Assembly: GCA_050287845.1 (NCBI GenBank)
Contig: JBNKCR010000081.1
Span: 1 to 47,341 of the forward strand
Length of the DNA: 47,341 nucleotides
Reading direction: 5' to 3'
Origin: Polyangia bacterium
GTDB lineage: Bacteria > Myxococcota_A > Polyangia > JAAYKL01
The notes under the pieces are model-generated. The model did not search any database. It was not told where the DNA came from and saw only the letters and a list, made by a program, of their open reading frames with translations. The position numbers and the translations under genes were made by a program. This document shows, in pieces, positions 8,093-19,329 of the stretch. Every line of letters begins with the position of its first letter. The stretch's first letter is position 1.

Positions 8093-9597
8093 ATTTATCA
8101 TTTCTCAACTGTCTGAAGGTGATCTGTCTGGCGTTTATCTTTGGTCTTCCAGCCGTCGGGTACGCCCAGGAAAACACAGTCAATTGGCAAAGTGTGGATA
8201 CGGATGATGTCGACGAATCGCTTTCATCGAATCCGGATGCCCAGTCTCCCGTGGTGTATTATCACCTGGAAAAAGTGGATGTCCGGGGCAATCGAAAAAC
8301 CCTGCGTTCAGTCATCCTGCGCTACCTCGACATCCGCCCCGGGGAGCTTTTCGCCGCTGAGGATGCCCGACTCGACGAAGCCCGGTATCGCATGCTGGCC
8401 AGTGGACTGTTTCGAACCGTCAACTTTGAACTGAAAAAAGGTACCGCCCGCGGATACGTGATTCTCGAAATCCGCATTCTGGAGCGCAACACCATCGTGG
8501 TCAATGATCTGTCTATGGGAATGACCCAGATTCTGCCCAACGAAGATCAGATTGTGCCCTTTGGCAGCATTGGCCTGCAGGAAAGATCATTGCTTGGAAC
8601 GGGCATCGAACTGGGCGGAATGCTGGCGGCCAGTGCGGACCAGAGCGCCTACCGCATTTATCTGCGCGATAACCATTTCCTCAACTCCCGCTTTGGCATT
8701 CATGTGGAAGGCCTGTTTGCCGAAGCCGAAGAATACTTTGGCAACCACTTTCTGCCCGGGCCCGGGGACAACGCCATTTCCAACACATATGAGATCATTG
8801 AGTATCGACGTGCCGGAATCAGACTGGGAACGGGATACAACCTGCTCACCGACTATTTTTTCTGGTGTGACCTGCGTTTCGAAAACATCCTCCGGGACGA
8901 ACCCAGAGTTGTCGACAGCAATGACATTCCCTCCGATGACGACGGTTCCATCGATTTCGCGCCATACATGGAACCGGACGACTCGGTTCTCACCAGCGCG
9001 CTTTTCGGCGTCACGGTGGACACCACCAACCACCCGGTACTGCCATCAGACGGTGCGAAAACCCAGCTCTCCGTCGAGCTGTCTCACCCGCTGTTCGGGT
9101 CCGACTACGAATTCGTCAAATTTCAACTCAGCCACCGGATACTGTTTCCCTTCGGCAAGAATGGCCAATCTATCGGAGTGGAAGGTCTGGCCGGGTTGAT
9201 CAGCGGAAACGCCCCATTCTTTGAGCAATTTTTTGTGGGGGACTACTCTGCATTTGTTCCCGATCGCAAACTGGGGCTGAACTTCACCAACCTGCACCCC
9301 GCCATCCTGGACACCGCCATCAAAAATATGTGGTATGAAGACCTCGTGCTCAGCGTTTCCACCGAATGGTCCAGGCCGCTCTACCGGGGCAGCGGCAATC
9401 TGTATGGCATCAACCTGTTCGTCCGCACGGGCGTATTCCTCCTGACCAGTTCCGCAGAACTGTACTCCAACCAGCTGCCTATCGACCTGACCGGCGATTT
9501 CGGCGTTCGGATTGACACGTCAGTGGGTATTTTCACGTTCTCCTTTGCCAGCGTGCTGCAACTGATTCCCCCCATCCGCAAGGAGACGACAGAATGA
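8089..9597 (+). CDS. Omp85/BamA-TamA family outer-membrane protein with a single POTRA domain
   Basis: Signal peptide, POTRA pattern (VRGN.KT...I...L...G.........L..SGLF..V), ERSLLGTG, D.T.HP.LP..G and FFEQFFVG. GTGA overlap with the upstream gene. Confidence 0.82.
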   Translation: MNLSFLNCLKVICLAFIFGLPAVGYAQENTVNWQSVDTDDVDESLSSNPDAQSPVVYYHLEKVDVRGNRKTLRSVILRYLDIRPGELFAAEDARLDEARYRMLASGLFRTVNFELKKGTARGYVILEIRILERNTIVVNDLSMGMTQILPNEDQIVPFGSIGLQERSLLGTGIELGGMLAASADQSAYRIYLRDNHFLNSRFGIHVEGLFAEAEEYFGNHFLPGPGDNAISNTYEIIEYRRAGIRLGTGYNLLTDYFFWCDLRFENILRDEPRVVDSNDIPSDDDGSIDFAPYMEPDDSVLTSALFGVTVDTTNHPVLPSDGAKTQLSVELSHPLFGSDYEFVKFQLSHRILFPFGKNGQSIGVEGLAGLISGNAPFFEQFFVGDYSAFVPDRKLGLNFTNLHPAILDTAIKNMWYEDLVLSVSTEWSRPLYRGSGNLYGINLFVRTGVFLLTSSAELYSNQLPIDLTGDFGVRIDTSVGIFTFSFASVLQLIPPIRKETTE

Positions 9598-10238
9598 TCA
9601 ATCCGGTACACACAATGAATCGATTTGTGGTTGCCTCTGTGTTTCTGGCGGCGCTCTCCATGCATGCCATGTCCACCCGAGCCCAGGATATGCCCATTCG
9701 CAAAGTGGGCCACCAGCTCCAGGACGGAAGGCTTATGGTCACTTTCGGTTACCGGGATGTCTTCACCTCCGGCGTACAGGAAAAACTGAAATCGGGATTG
9801 CCCACCCGTCTGGTGGTTCAACTGGTTATCGAAGATGAAAAGGGCCGACAGGTCTCCTATTGGGCCCGAACGGTCCATGTGGTGTATGACCTCTGGGAAG
9901 AACATTTTGTCATCACCGTCAACGATTCCGGCGGAAAACGGGCCACCCGACTGAAAACCATTCGCGACGTCATGAAAACAGCAGGAGTCATCTGGCGTAC
10001 ACCGGTGGCGAGTCACCTGCCGCCCGGCAAGTATCGAATCAAGGCGGTTGTCGAAGCCAATCCGGTGTCCGAAAAAATGGTTCGCAATATTCAGCGGTGG
10101 ATTTCCAGACCCTCCGGGGGATTCCGCGATGCGGGGTCGAGCAGTTACTTCGGATCATTTGTCGGCTACTTTGTGGACCGGAATATCGCAAGGGCTGAAA
10201 AGACCATACGGTTCATCAGCCAGTGGCTGGAACCATGA
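9594..10238 (+). CDS. DUF4390-like exported protein
   Basis: Signal peptide, KLKSGLP and V.YDLWEE.F motifs; directly upstream of an NtrY-like kinase. Confidence 0.7.
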   Translation: MINPVHTMNRFVVASVFLAALSMHAMSTRAQDMPIRKVGHQLQDGRLMVTFGYRDVFTSGVQEKLKSGLPTRLVVQLVIEDEKGRQVSYWARTVHVVYDLWEEHFVITVNDSGGKRATRLKTIRDVMKTAGVIWRTPVASHLPPGKYRIKAVVEANPVSEKMVRNIQRWISRPSGGFRDAGSSSYFGSFVGYFVDRNIARAEKTIRFISQWLEP

Positions 10239-11740
10239 TCAGGCGACTCGATGTCAAATTTGTACTGACCCTCATCATCACCGCCGTCGTGCCTATTGTG
10301 GTATCCCTGTATCTGGTGACCGAGGCGGTGCAGACATCTCTCGGGGTTGGCCTGAACCGGGACATCTCGGAGAGTCTGTCCAAAAGTGTGACCGTGTACA
10401 AAGACTACATTGAGACCATCAAGGCGGGCCACGACAGCTTCATGATGCGGGTGGCCGACTCCGCGCGACTTTCACGGGCCTGCGATGCAGGCGACGAAAA
10501 ACAAATCCGAAAAGTGCTCCGCTCGATGATTCGCACCGCGCAAATCAAACAGATCTCCATCACCCTGGACCACAATGATTCCATGGTGGTCCAGTACCCC
10601 ATGGACGACACGCGATTCCGCTCCGTCACCCGCAACGCCTCCCTGAACCACCCATTCTGCGGCAACGTTGAAGTGGTATTCGGCGTCAACCGGGATATCA
10701 CCGTCAATTTCAAGCAGGCCGCCCACAGTACGGAGACCTACGAGGCGCTCTTCCGGGCGCCCCGGGACTACCTCTCCCAGCGGGTCATCATGATTTACGG
10801 TATCTTTATCGGCCTCATCGTGTTGATCAGCGTCTGGCAGGGCGCCTTCTGGACCCGCAAGCTCACGCGCCGGCTGCATACCCTGAATCTCGCCACCCGG
10901 AAAGTGGCCGAAGGCAACCTGGAGGTCCGGGTGGATGCCGGTGGACAGGACGAAGTGGCGGAGCTCATCAATTCCTTCAACAATATGGTCGACGAGATTG
11001 CTTCCACCAGAGCGCGCATTGAATATCTGCAGAAAATCAGCACCTGGCAGGAAATTGCCCGGCGTCTCGCCCATGAGATCAAAAACCCCCTCACCCCCAT
11101 TCAACTGGCGGCCCAGCAGCTTAAAAACAAATACAAAGCCAACGACCCCAGATTCGGACGCCTGCTGGATCAATCGGTAGATATCATTGAAGAAGAAGTA
11201 CACACCCTCAAGCGGCTGGTGACCGATTTCTCCTCCTTTGCCAAATTACCGCAGATTTCTCCCGAACCCACGGACGTGGGCGAATTTCTCCGGGACTGCG
11301 AAGCCACCCTGGAAATTGTAGCCGAACAGCACGACCTGTCGCTGCTTTTTGAGTTTCCGCCTCCGGGTCTTCTGGTCTCCATCGATGCCATGATGATGAA
11401 ACGGGTGGTGGACAACCTCATTCGCAATGCGTCGGAAGCCATGTACAACGCCGAAGTCCCCCATCCCGAAGTCATTATCCGGGTGACAGAAATCAACCGA
11501 ACCCACGAAGTTGCCATCCGTTTCTCCGACAACGGCCCTGGAATTCTCCCGGAGCACCATCCGTCCCTCTTTGAGCCGTATTTCACGACCAAGGAAGACG
11601 GCACCGGACTGGGGCTGGCCATTTCAAAGAAAATCGTATTGGAGCACAACGGCGTCATCTGGATTGACGATGAACAGAAGCAGGGCGCCTGCTTTGTCAT
11701 CCAGCTGCCTCTGGTCAAAAAAGACCAATCCCACCGCTAG
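10235..11740 (+). CDS. NtrY-like HAMP sensor histidine kinase
   Basis: Two TM segments, HAMP, WQEIARRLAHEIKNPLTPIQL, N box, [23 protein letters not shown] overlap at 10235. Confidence 0.93.
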   Translation: MIRRLDVKFVLTLIITAVVPIVVSLYLVTEAVQTSLGVGLNRDISESLSKSVTVYKDYIETIKAGHDSFMMRVADSARLSRACDAGDEKQIRKVLRSMIRTAQIKQISITLDHNDSMVVQYPMDDTRFRSVTRNASLNHPFCGNVEVVFGVNRDITVNFKQAAHSTETYEALFRAPRDYLSQRVIMIYGIFIGLIVLISVWQGAFWTRKLTRRLHTLNLATRKVAEGNLEVRVDAGGQDEVAELINSFNNMVDEIASTRARIEYLQKISTWQEIARRLAHEIKNPLTPIQLAAQQLKNKYKANDPRFGRLLDQSVDIIEEEVHTLKRLVTDFSSFAKLPQISPEPTDVGEFLRDCEATLEIVAEQHDLSLLFEFPPPGLLVSIDAMMMKRVVDNLIRNASEAMYNAEVPHPEVIIRVTEINRTHEVAIRFSDNGPGILPEHHPSLFEPYFTTKEDGTGLGLAISKKIVLEHNGVIWIDDEQKQGACFVIQLPLVKKDQSHR

Positions 11741-12019
11741 ATAAGAGAGCATCGATGTAGATCACCTGGCTGGAAACCTGAGTAACCCAATCCGTCATCC
11801 CCGCGGGGAACCAGGGGCGCAATTTTTATGGATGCGAATTCAAGCGTGAACAAAAAATCGGCGATGTCGCTGAAAGGTAGGCAGACGCAAATATGGCTTT
11901 TGTACCTACCGGGTTCAAACGTTGCTGGCATGACGGGGTTTAATTTTGTATAATCTTACAACCCTACTGTGAATGCGACAGAAGAATACTGTAGAAAACA
12001 CTGAAAAGGAGTTTGTGAA

Positions 12020-13756
12020 ATGAAAAGATATATGGTTCTCCACTATGGTCAGCGACGATGGGCGCTGATTTGGACCGCCGTTTTGACAGTGCTGTTGCTC
12101 AGCGGCTGCGGCAGTTCCGAAGGGGACACCAATTCGGATTCTGATATTACATCAGGGACTGACACCAGCACTTGCATCGTGCTTGCCTTTCGTTGCGAGC
12201 TGGGTATGTTGCAGCAATGCGATGGTACCCATTGGGTCAATTCACAAAACTGCGCATTGACGGGTACCACCTGTATGGAAGTGAATGGTGTATCCGGGTG
12301 TGTAGCGGATTCAGTGTCTGATTCAGACAGCACTATCGATACCGCGACATTTACAGATACCGCAATTGTTGCAGATTCTGCAACCACCGAAGATTCTGCC
12401 ACCGTTACAGATACCGCGTCGATCATTGATACCGCGTCGGTCGTTGACACTGAGACAACAGCAGATACGGCCACTATTGCGGATACGGAGTCTGTCACAG
12501 ATACAGCCATCGATACAAATACAGTCACCGATACAGATCTTCCTGGAAAATGTGGTAATTCCACGATTGAAGACGGGGAAGGATGCGACGACGGCAACAC
12601 CGTGCCGTTTGACGGCTGCAGCGTTGCGTGCACAACTGAACCGAACTGTTCTTCCGGGGCATGCGTCTCCGAATGCGGCGATGGTCTGGTTCTCGGCGAA
12701 GAGTGCGATGACGGCAATCTGATAAATGGGGATGGCTGCAGCAACGTCTGCAAGGTAGAAACCGGATTCACCTGTGAGCAACGTCCATGCAGAACGGGGA
12801 GCAGCTGCCCCGAGACGGTTGCAATCGATGTGATTTATCGGGATTTCGCGGCAACCAGCGATGTTGACGAAGATTTTGGTACCCCTCCCTGCACTACTCT
12901 GACACTGGGGCTTGTTGGGAATGAACTGAACAGCCAGGGGAAACCCGTGTCTGCCGGCCCCAATGCGGGGTGTATTCAGAATCTGGATACCTGGTATACC
13001 CGAGAACCCGCAAAAACAGCGCAAATGATATTGTATGCCGACGGTGCAGGAGGATATGTCAACCGATTCGGCGATAATGGAGAACCCTGGATGGGGTATG
13101 CGCCGGATCCGGGCAGTCAGACAGGTGAATCGTTGCCCCCGGACTACTGGCAGGGAGAAGGGGGCGAGCTCTATGTCGACTGTGCGGAATACGGATGTGT
13201 GGTTTGCCCATGGGATACCACCGGTACCTCACCGGCATGTGAACCGCCGGCATATGAATACGATGGCACCCCACTGTTTTTTCCGCTGGATGACCTCCTT
13301 GAAACGTCGGCCTGTACAATGGAAAATTCCCTTACCGATATTACTCACGAAGACGCATGCGCCAAGATTCCCGCCCAATACGGCATGTATGGATGGCCCT
13401 GGGAGGCGCGATACAACGACGCAGCGCATACACACAATTTCTATTTCACATCAGAGTTGGGATTCTGGTTCATATACGACCCGGAGACACCTGCAACACT
13501 TACGTTTGCCGGCGATGACGACGCATGGGTGTTTGTGAACGGCCAACTGGCAGTGGACCTGGGGGGTGTGCATATTCCTGAAACGGGCAGCGTTCGCATC
13601 GATGAAAACAACGCTTTTGGAATGGTGCCGGGACAAGTATATCGAATCAATCTGTTCCACGCCGAACGAAAAGTGGAAGCTTCGTCATTCAAACTCCATA
13701 TCAGCGGCTTTTCGCAACCCAACCTCTTCCCGAGCAACTGCAAACCAGGCAACTGA
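12020..13756 (+). CDS. Lipoprotein with Myxococcus-type Cys-rich repeats and a fibro-slime domain
   Basis: Lipobox LSGC, Thr/Asp linker, two CG.....GE.CDDGN....DGCS..C repeats, HNFYFTSE...[19 protein letters not shown]. Confidence 0.88.
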   Translation: MKRYMVLHYGQRRWALIWTAVLTVLLLSGCGSSEGDTNSDSDITSGTDTSTCIVLAFRCELGMLQQCDGTHWVNSQNCALTGTTCMEVNGVSGCVADSVSDSDSTIDTATFTDTAIVADSATTEDSATVTDTASIIDTASVVDTETTADTATIADTESVTDTAIDTNTVTDTDLPGKCGNSTIEDGEGCDDGNTVPFDGCSVACTTEPNCSSGACVSECGDGLVLGEECDDGNLINGDGCSNVCKVETGFTCEQRPCRTGSSCPETVAIDVIYRDFAATSDVDEDFGTPPCTTLTLGLVGNELNSQGKPVSAGPNAGCIQNLDTWYTREPAKTAQMILYADGAGGYVNRFGDNGEPWMGYAPDPGSQTGESLPPDYWQGEGGELYVDCAEYGCVVCPWDTTGTSPACEPPAYEYDGTPLFFPLDDLLETSACTMENSLTDITHEDACAKIPAQYGMYGWPWEARYNDAAHTHNFYFTSELGFWFIYDPETPATLTFAGDDDAWVFVNGQLAVDLGGVHIPETGSVRIDENNAFGMVPGQVYRINLFHAERKVEASSFKLHISGFSQPNLFPSNCKPGN

Positions 13757-13903
13757 CCCTGTATTGCCCGTATGACATTGTTCAGTGAAGCTGAACCGGA
13801 ACGACACTTTCTGATGAACTACATTCCTCACTGATGCGACATTCGAAGCCGTGACAACTGGATGAGTCGCCTGGAACTCATCTGTCCAGTGGTTCTGGTG
13901 GGC

Positions 13904-13959
13904 ATCAGGAGCGCCCAGTTTTTCCAGCCGGCTTTAAGAATCAGGGGCGCCCAGTTTTT
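13904..13959. repeat. 20-bp direct repeat, period 36
   Basis: ATCAGGAGCGCCCAGTTTTT (13904) and ATCAGGGGCGCCCAGTTTTT (13940). Confidence 0.7.
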
Positions 13960-14116
13960 GTCCCCCCGGTTGAAATTGTCGGGATGAACGATATTGAGCT
14001 TTCGGTCGTCAGACAACCATCTGGTCAATAATGGTGATGCGAGACATATTTCCTCCTCTGGCACGCGGTTGACGTCTTCAGGAATGGGAACCGCCTCCGG
14101 TCACATCGCAGCCCTT

Positions 14117-15886
14117 TCACGCTACCGGATGGCGATTCAGCACGTCCTTTACGGTCCGGATGAGTTCCGCTGCCCGAAACGGCTTCTGCAGAAATTCACT
14201 GGCGCCACTGTCCAGCAGGGATTGAATCCGGTTTTCCTCGACATAACCGGAAACCACAATTACAGGGATATCGGGAGAAATCTCGCGTAGCTGATAAAAC
14301 ATGTCCGTCCCGGAAACCTCGGGCATCATCATATCGAGCACGACAAGGGAGATGTCGGCATAGGCTGTTTTAAAGAATGTCAGCGCTTTTCTGGCATCTG
14401 TGTAGGAATGAAGGACAAACCCCGCTGCCAATAGATGTTCGGCAAATACTTCGCGCAAGGCGTCCTCGTCATCAATCACCAGTATCTGGCGCCCTGAAAT
14501 TTCCTTCTTCCCGGCATTGTCTCCGGAATCGGACTTCTCACTGGCTTCCCGGTGCACCGGAAAATACAGACGAAATGTACTGCCCTCCCCCGGTTCGCTT
14601 TCCAATTCAACGGCGCCATTCAACATCTTCATGGTGCCGAAAACCGCAGCCAGTCCCATCCCGGTTCCCTTCCCCTCGGATTTGGTGGTAAAGTACGGCT
14701 CAAATATCCGGGCGGCCACCTCCGGGCTGATGCCGCATCCGGTATCGCGAATCGATAACTGCAGATACGTCCCCCCCTCCAGGACAAATGAACCCGCTTC
14801 ATTACTCACATCCGACATGTGCACTGTGGTCGTTTCAATCTGCAGCACGCCACTGTCTCCCATGGCGTCCCGGGCATTCAGCCCCAGATTCAGCAGGGCA
14901 TTCTGAATCTGAGCCGGGTCGCCCATGGTTTCTGCCACCTCCGCATTCAGGCTGGTCTGTATGACAATCCCTCTCGAAATGGTATGGGTCAGAATTCCCA
15001 CCACCTCTTCAATGAGCTGATGCACATTCACCGGCACATTTCGCAGCAGGCCTTTCCGGGTAAAAGCCAGCAGCTTCGAATTCAAATCCGCCGATCGCTG
15101 CGCCAGGGTAATCACTCTGGCTGCATACTCCGCCATCCGCTCATCTTTCAGTTTTAATCGCAGAAGCTCCGCATACCCGAGAATTCCCCCCAGCTGATTG
15201 TTGAAATCGTGGGCTATTCCCCCGGCCAGCTGGCCGATGGCATCGAGTTTCTGCGCCTGAAGCAATTCGCGCTCCAATGTTTCACGTGCCGATCTTTCCG
15301 CTTCCAACTTTAAAATGGTTTGTTCCATCTGGTCGATATACAATTGCTTTTCTTCATACAGGCGCGCATTCCGGATAGCAAGCGCTGCAAAATTGGCCAG
15401 GGTTGCGGCCATGGCGGCAACATCTTCCGTAATGGTCACGCGCTCCCGCGTGGATCCCACAATGAGCGCTCCCGTCGCCTTCCCATCCATCAGCAGCGGT
15501 ATAAAATACAGCGTTCGCAGGTGTCGTTCCTCCACCACTCTTCTTTCCGCATCGGAGAGCTTCTTGTCGAGCATGTCTCCCACGTACACCGGCTTTAACG
15601 TCTTGATAGCCATCGCCATTCTCGGGTGGGACATCAACTCAGCCACCCCCAATTCCGGAGAAAAATCTTTAGGCAATGGCGGATACGTGGCCTGGAGACG
15701 CACAAAGTGGTCTCCATCCAACAGATAAATGGCTGCGGAACCCCATTCGAACAATGACGCCGCACCATCCACCGTGCGTTGTAGAATCCGTTTCAAATCC
15801 AACGTCTGCACCAACCCCTGAGTAACCTGGAGCAGGGTGCTCAACGAGCTGAATCTGATTTTGTCAGACATCGACGTATGGGTCAT
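14117..15886 (-). CDS. Cytoplasmic hybrid histidine kinase (GAF-HisKA-HATPase-REC)
   Basis: GAF-like N-terminus, [28 protein letters not shown], and receiver IDDE...LDMMMP...KPF. Confidence 0.93.
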   Translation of the reverse strand: MTHTSMSDKIRFSSLSTLLQVTQGLVQTLDLKRILQRTVDGAASLFEWGSAAIYLLDGDHFVRLQATYPPLPKDFSPELGVAELMSHPRMAMAIKTLKPVYVGDMLDKKLSDAERRVVEERHLRTLYFIPLLMDGKATGALIVGSTRERVTITEDVAAMAATLANFAALAIRNARLYEEKQLYIDQMEQTILKLEAERSARETLERELLQAQKLDAIGQLAGGIAHDFNNQLGGILGYAELLRLKLKDERMAEYAARVITLAQRSADLNSKLLAFTRKGLLRNVPVNVHQLIEEVVGILTHTISRGIVIQTSLNAEVAETMGDPAQIQNALLNLGLNARDAMGDSGVLQIETTTVHMSDVSNEAGSFVLEGGTYLQLSIRDTGCGISPEVAARIFEPYFTTKSEGKGTGMGLAAVFGTMKMLNGAVELESEPGEGSTFRLYFPVHREASEKSDSGDNAGKKEISGRQILVIDDEDALREVFAEHLLAAGFVLHSYTDARKALTFFKTAYADISLVVLDMMMPEVSGTDMFYQLREISPDIPVIVVSGYVEENRIQSLLDSGASEFLQKPFRAAELIRTVKDVLNRHPVA

Positions 15887-16029
15887 TGGGTATTCTCCCC
15901 CGGTTGCAATTCACTGGCGATTCACTGAAATTTCTTTTCAAATATATACCACGCTTCGGGTGGCGACTGCTCAATTTTCACATTTCAGATGAACTCCTGA
16001 TAAATCCCGAGGCACTGGAAGGACAACCG

Positions 16030-17346
16030 ATGAATTATCGAAACCACATTTTCAGGGTAACGGTTTTTACCGTGGTGTTTGCAACGTTCCCTGCAGGCTG
16101 CCAACAGAAAGACGCCGTGAGTACCGACGTCACCGATAGCACCGGGGACAACACCCACGCCACCGCCCCGGATATCACAGCGACGGATTCAGACACAATA
16201 GAAATAAACGGCAGCGACGCCGACCTGTTTTCAGATTCCGACACCGATTCCGATTCAGATTCCGACACCGATTCCGACGCCGATACGGACTCAGATACAG
16301 ATTCAGACTCAGATACAGATACAGATACAAATGCTGATACCGATACCGTTTCTGATTCCGATTCCAATACCGATATGGACACAGATACAGATGCTGACAC
16401 CGAATCTGATTCGGACTCCGATTCCGAAACGGATTCTGAACCCGTTGACTACCCGGACCTTCCCCGATTTGTGGGAAACACCACCACCGGTTCCCCCGCA
16501 ATGCTCGACATCAATGGACTGATATTTTCCGATTACTGGGATCAGGTCACCCCGGAGAACGTTGGAAAGCTCGGCTCAGTGTATTCCCGGTTTCCTGGAG
16601 AAGCCAACTGGAGCGCGCTGGACGCTGTCTATGCCTATACCGAAGACCACCACATCATTTTCAAGGAACACACATTCATCTGGGGCGCGGGGGCCCCCGC
16701 GAATTCATCGACGGTGGGCGAAGCAGAAATCCGCGAATGGATGACCAGCTTCTGCACCCGCTTTCCCAATACGCGACTGATTGATGTGGTCAATGAGCCA
16801 CCGCCCCATACCACTCCGGTGTTTGCCAACAACATCGGTGGTGGCACCAATACCACCTGGGAGTGGATAAGCAATTCATTCCGCTGGGCTCGGGACGCCT
16901 GCCCGGACGCCGTCCTCATTCTGAATGACTACAACAATATCGAATGGACCAGCGAAAATCAGCACACCATCGACATTGTGAGAACCATCCGGGCAGCCGG
17001 CGCTCCCATTGACGCCATCGGCGTGCAGGCCCACGACCTGGACCACGAAGGCGTCTCCTCCACAACCGTTCAGCACCTCATGGACAAACTCCACAACGAC
17101 ACCGGACTGCCCCTCTATATTACCGAATTCGACATCAGCCGAAGCGACGATGATGAACAGCTCGCTCTGTATCAGACCTACTTTTCCATGCTGTACCAGA
17201 CGGAGTACGTCCGCGGCATTACCATCTGGGGGTGGATTCTGGGCCGAACGTGGAGTCTGGCACAGGAAAGCGGACTGGTTCGCGAAGACCAGCCCCGCCC
17301 CGCCATGACCTGGCTGATGAATGAACTGCAGCGGCCCGTGCCCTGA
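16030..17346 (+). CDS. GH10 endo-1,4-beta-xylanase, lipoprotein with Asp-rich linker
   Basis: Start moved to ATG 16030 (lipobox PAGC). Motifs TPEN.GK, HTFIWG, DVVNEP (acid/base), IGVQAH, ITEFDI (nucleophile). Confidence 0.9.
   Translation: MNYRNHIFRVTVFTVVFATFPAGCQQKDAVSTDVTDSTGDNTHATAPDITATDSDTIEINGSDADLFSDSDTDSDSDSDTDSDADTDSDTDSDSDTDTDTNADTDTVSDSDSNTDMDTDTDADTESDSDSDSETDSEPVDYPDLPRFVGNTTTGSPAMLDINGLIFSDYWDQVTPENVGKLGSVYSRFPGEANWSALDAVYAYTEDHHIIFKEHTFIWGAGAPANSSTVGEAEIREWMTSFCTRFPNTRLIDVVNEPPPHTTPVFANNIGGGTNTTWEWISNSFRWARDACPDAVLILNDYNNIEWTSENQHTIDIVRTIRAAGAPIDAIGVQAHDLDHEGVSSTTVQHLMDKLHNDTGLPLYITEFDISRSDDDEQLALYQTYFSMLYQTEYVRGITIWGWILGRTWSLAQESGLVREDQPRPAMTWLMNELQRPVP
16211..16440 (+). repeat. 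Coding (Asp-Ser/Thr/Ala)n linker repeat
   Basis: Degenerate hexamer repeat encoding [13 protein letters not shown]... Confidence 0.9.
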
Positions 17347-17413
17347 TGCCCGTCCGCCACCGGGAGTCGCCGCCCAGCGTGCTTTTTCCTGACAATTTTT
17401 TTAAATTTGCGCT

Positions 17414-18411
<998 letters not shown>

Positions 18412-18415
<4 letters not shown>

Positions 18416-19329
18416 CCCGGGATCCCAAAGCCATCCTGGATGTGGAGCCGGGGACCTACGATGCCATTTCGCATCTGAAAATCCAGGTCATTTCCGCCAT
18501 CGAAGGGTTCCTCGGGGGCGCCCACCGCTCCCTGCACATGGGACCCTCGGTGGAGTTTTCCGAGCACAACCGGTACTCCCCGGGCGATGACATCCGCAAC
18601 ATTGACTGGAAGGCGCTGGCCCGGACCGATCGTTTCTTTGTGAAGGCCCACGAACGGGACGCACAACTGACCTGCCTGATGCTGCTGGACTGTTCCGGCT
18701 CCATGAATTACCAGGGCTCAAGGGCCAGATTCACCAAGTTCGATTTTGCCAAGATTCTGCTTGGGGCCCTCAGTCATCTGCTGGTGAAGCAGGGCGACGC
18801 CGTGGGCGTGCTCGGGTTTGCAGACACCCTCACCAATGTGCTGCCCCCCCGCAGTCACCCCGGACATCTGCCCATCGTTCTCGATCGTCTGGCCCGGGCG
18901 ACCGTGGCTCACCACGCCACCACCCGGTTTGCAGATGTGCTCAAACACGCGCAGGCCAGACTGGGCCAACGGGGCATGCTGATTCTGGCCAGCGACCTGT
19001 GGCAGATGGATGAAGAAGCGGAAATCATCCTGAAAGGGCTGGCCCACAAGGGGCACGACATTACCATCTTTCAGGTGCAGAGCCCCGACGAAGTGGATTT
19101 GCCGTTTCACCAGACCGTGGAGTTCAGGGGATTGGAACAGGAAGGTACCCTGGTGGCCGATCCGGCGCTGCTCCGACATGCATATGTACGTGCCTTCCGG
19201 GAAGAACAGGAACGGCTTGCGCTGATCACCCGACAGGCCAAAGTCGATTTGGTGACCGCCAATGTATCCCGGCAACCCTACGAGGTGCTGGTGGAGTTCG
19301 CCACCCATCGAAACCGGAGTCGCCGATGA
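18412..19329 (+). CDS. DUF58 domain protein
   Basis: G.SVEFSEH..Y.PGDDIR.IDWK..AR; follows moxR with an ATGA overlap. Confidence 0.93.
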
